Assembly: GCA_964106645.2 (NCBI GenBank)
Contig: OZ067045.1
DNA length: 64,000 nucleotides
From: Podarcis pityusensis
Lineage: Eukaryota
Reading direction: 5' to 3' (one strand)
This document shows positions 61,039-64,000 of the stretch, piece by piece (positions within the stretch are counted from its first letter, which is position 1; every line of letters starts with the position of its first letter). The position numbers and the translations under genes were made by a program. The notes below the pieces were generated by a model. That model made no database searches. It was not told the origin of the DNA and worked only from the letters and a program-made list of their open reading frames with translations.

Positions 61039-62609
61039 CACAGTCAAACTCCAAAGGTTGTGATATGGACTTGAAATACTTTCCACGAAGTAAGATTTAT
61101 TTTGAAGACACGGGCTTGCTGCAGGAGGGCAGCCTTTGCTTTGATACAATAATTGAAGAACTGCACTTTGAGCAATGAAAAGGCCTTGCACACCCTTTAT
61201 GAGATGTTGCATTTGAAGAACTGTAAAATAATGCTGACTAGAAATGAATCTCATTGTCTGGGAATAATGCATTATGGAAATCTTTGTTTGCCACCCTATC
61301 ATGAGAGGGTTTAAGTGACATGGAAAACCAGTTGTCTCCAATTAAGTCAGACTTTAAAATTAACAAACCTATATTACTTATGTACATTAACTTCAATGGG
61401 TCTACTCTGTGTAGAACTAGTTTGTATACCATCTATTGTTTTAGGATCACACAGGATTAAGGGAGAGATCTGGTACCTAATAGTGGTGTAGAAAAGAGAA
61501 ACAGAATGATGCTATGTCTCAGTGCTCCCCAACCTGAAAAGCTGCATCTGCCCAAATCCCCTCATTGGCAAAACAGACTTGCCCAGATCTACTTGGAGAC
61601 ACAAGGGATTTTACCTGAAGCTTTCTGGATGCAAAGCATGTACTCCACTTCTGAACTACAGCCGCTTCCCTCTAGCCCAAGGGTGACAATACAGTTGCTG
61701 CTGTCTCTAGCATCAGGCATACAGAGATATTGTTACAAACTCAACCACACATTTGTTTTCAACAGCACCAAACAGCAAAATTAAACAGCAAAAGTATTGT
61801 CTATTTGAAGGAGATAAAATGGCATGTCTTCCGAACCTTAGAAAATTGGCCATCGTTGGAGGAAACAAGGAAATTGGTTCTTAAAGCAAAGCTCAAACCT
61901 GTTAACAAAGTATGTTGAAAACGGCACCCGCCAAGGTGTGGCATCCATCACACATTTGCTGACCGGAAAGCTATGTATGTGCACAGACGATGGATGACTT
62001 AGTGGAGGAAAACATTGCCCATTAATCCATGGGCCCAAGGCCTGGTGCTAATGAGGCCATCCGTCACCCTAAGCCACATTGCTAAGCCAAATGTGTCCCT
62101 CAGGTCTTGGGTGTATGTGATGATTTTCAAAGGCACCACCGCAATAAACCTCAGGAAAACCTTTGTATGGACTTCAGTCCCAGACACTATAATCAGGGCT
62201 AGTATGACTCTTGTACACTTGACCAGGTTGTCCCATTCCAACTTCAAGAGAAACTGACAAAGGTGCACTATAATCGGTCAGGGAGCAAGTTTGAGGTTCA
62301 TGACCTTGGGAAGTATCAAGCTAGGAACTTCCCTCAACAAGGTCTGGAGATCTGCAGGCGGTCTGGGGAATGTGAGATTCCTGGCACAGAGGGAGCAGGT
62401 CCTCCATAGGAATGTGGTCCAGTGAGGGCTGTCTCAGGTGAGTCCAAATCAGGGATCTCTGGCTCAAAGGGTTCCTACCTGACAGTCTCAGGCTTGATGT
62501 TGGGGTCTATCTTGTGCTACTGGTCTAAGAGGTCACGCCTTCTCTGGGTCAGAGTTCGGTTTACTGCTCAGGTTGGGAATCATGGCAAACACAGGGGATC
62601 CAGCTTGAG

Positions 62610-63075
62610 CACGCCCACAGGAGGCAGTGATGGTAACTAACCTGGACTGCTAAAGCAGGTTTAGACAAATACATGGAGAGATATTGAGGGCTTCTAGTGA
62701 TGCTGGCTATGCTGGTTATGCCCTGCCTCCATAGCTGGAGGCAGCAATGCTTCTGAATACCAGTTTCTGGGAATCCCAGGAGGGAGAGGGCTCTTGCACT
62801 CAAATTCTGCTTGCAGGTTTCCCATAATGGGCATCTGGTCGACCAGTATAAGACAGGAGTGCCAACTTGGCCCCGCAACTATGGGTGCCCGGGGCCATGG
62901 GGGCCATGCAGCGTGCATGGCCCTGGGACCAAAATTTGTGAGTGCCTGGCTCCTTCGTGGGGAATTTTGTGGGTGCTCAGGCAACCAGGTCCCCAGGGAG
63001 TTGTCACCTATGGTATAAGAAGAGGTTGCTGGATCAGATGGGCCATTGGCCTGATCCACCAGGCTCTTCTTATGC
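62610..63075 (+). mobile_element. CR1 3' end with a hAT MITE insertion
   Basis: gaggcagtgatgg..ttagacaaatacatggag ... gggccattggcctgatccaccaggctcttcttatg. Confidence 0.8.
62854..63012. mobile_element. hAT-type MITE
   Basis: Perfect 8-bp TSD gtataaga (62846-62853, 63013-63020); degenerate TIRs caggagtgccaact / agttgtcacctatg. Confidence 0.85.
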
Positions 63076-63864
63076 TGAGTAAGCACCTTGGTTTAACTCT
63101 GCAGAATATGCAAAATTGCTTTGGAGTCTGCTAATGTGCATTTTTCTTGGCCATTTTTAAATTTTTGCTCCTTTTGCATGCAAAATTCAATTGTTTGTCA
63201 ACATTTCATCATGCAGGCATGTTAAGACAGTTGTCTTCTCCCATGACTTTCAGGATTTGATTTGATTTAGCTACAATTAGCATTTAGGTACATGCATATT
63301 AGCTTCAACTTTTTGACCCTGTTTGCTTTTTAAAAATTATGATGCCTCATTCTCAGTTCCCAGATGTCTTCTCTCTTAATTAATCCTTGCAACCTCCTCT
63401 GCAGTTTTAAAACAAATTCTATTATCACCATTCAAAGTTGAGAGAAGAATTGTAATGGATCCCAATTGCATATTCAGATTAATCTTATTATGAGCTGTAA
63501 TTAACATACCAGACAAACTTAATTTGATGGCCCCACAACTGCATTTTTCAACTAAGTAGGTAATTTCATTGCTCTACAAATGTACGGATCAATATTGTTA
63601 CAAGGTAAAAATGATGACACGATAATGGATTTCTGCTATTGATTTCCTCACCACCACCAAATCAGTCATCCCCTTTACACACATTCATTAAAAATAAAAA
63701 TGTCAGATAAAATGTTGCCGGTGAAACTTTCCCCGAATATAATATGGGAAGGAAAATATCCCAAGGAAGAGATCATGACTTCCAGGCAACCTTGATGCGC
63801 AGCCATCGTAATTGGTAATAAAATGTGGGTGGTGGTCGTACAACACACACCACATTGCAAAGTC

Positions 63865-64000
63865 TGAGGAAACCTGCCTGAGCTTCTTCCTGTTATTGTT
63901 CTTATTCTTTGAGGCAGGCCCTTCTCTCAATCCCAGCACCCTCACAGGCATGAGGGAGAGGGCCTTCTCAGTGGCTGCTCCCAGACTTTAGAACTCCCTT
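63865..64000 (+). mobile_element. L2 fragment running off the window end
   Basis: gggagagggccttctcagtggctgctcccagactttagaactccct. Confidence 0.65.

Noticed and set aside
1-64000. A novel multi-gene or prokaryote-style system
   Set aside because: No host or viral genes and no intact transposase, integrase or RT; content is explained by TE relics, microsatellites and unique non-coding DNA

Overview
Non-coding vertebrate genomic DNA from a squamate reptile, most likely a lacertid lizard, inferred from Podarcis-type Sauria SINEs and lacertid-type Squam3 SINEs. I found no host protein-coding gene, tRNA, rRNA or CRISPR. Almost all ORFs in the track are spurious. The only real coding remnants are retrotransposon ORF2 fragments (BovB/RTE, L1, CR1, L2). 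The window is a mosaic of two things. (i) A dense, often nested set of transposable elements: Sauria, Squam2-like, Squam3 and other tRNA SINEs; CR1, L2, L1 and BovB LINE 3' ends; hAT MITEs with 8-bp TSDs; Tc1/mariner (Tigger-like) MITEs with TA TSDs; a Harbinger-like MITE; three clean solo LTRs with TSDs; a pair of adjacent related LTR-like elements; and a probable DIRS/Ngaro-type remnant. (ii) Many repeat-free blocks rich in TAAT, SOX, TCF and HOX motifs that look like conserved non-coding elements, which suggests a gene desert or large intron near a developmental regulator whose identity I cannot tell from sequence alone. I see no convincing novel multi-gene system. The best leads are the candidate enhancer landscape, the unclassified LTR/DIRS-like elements, and odd SINE 5'-end structures. 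TE family names come from recalled consensus sequences, not from a database search.
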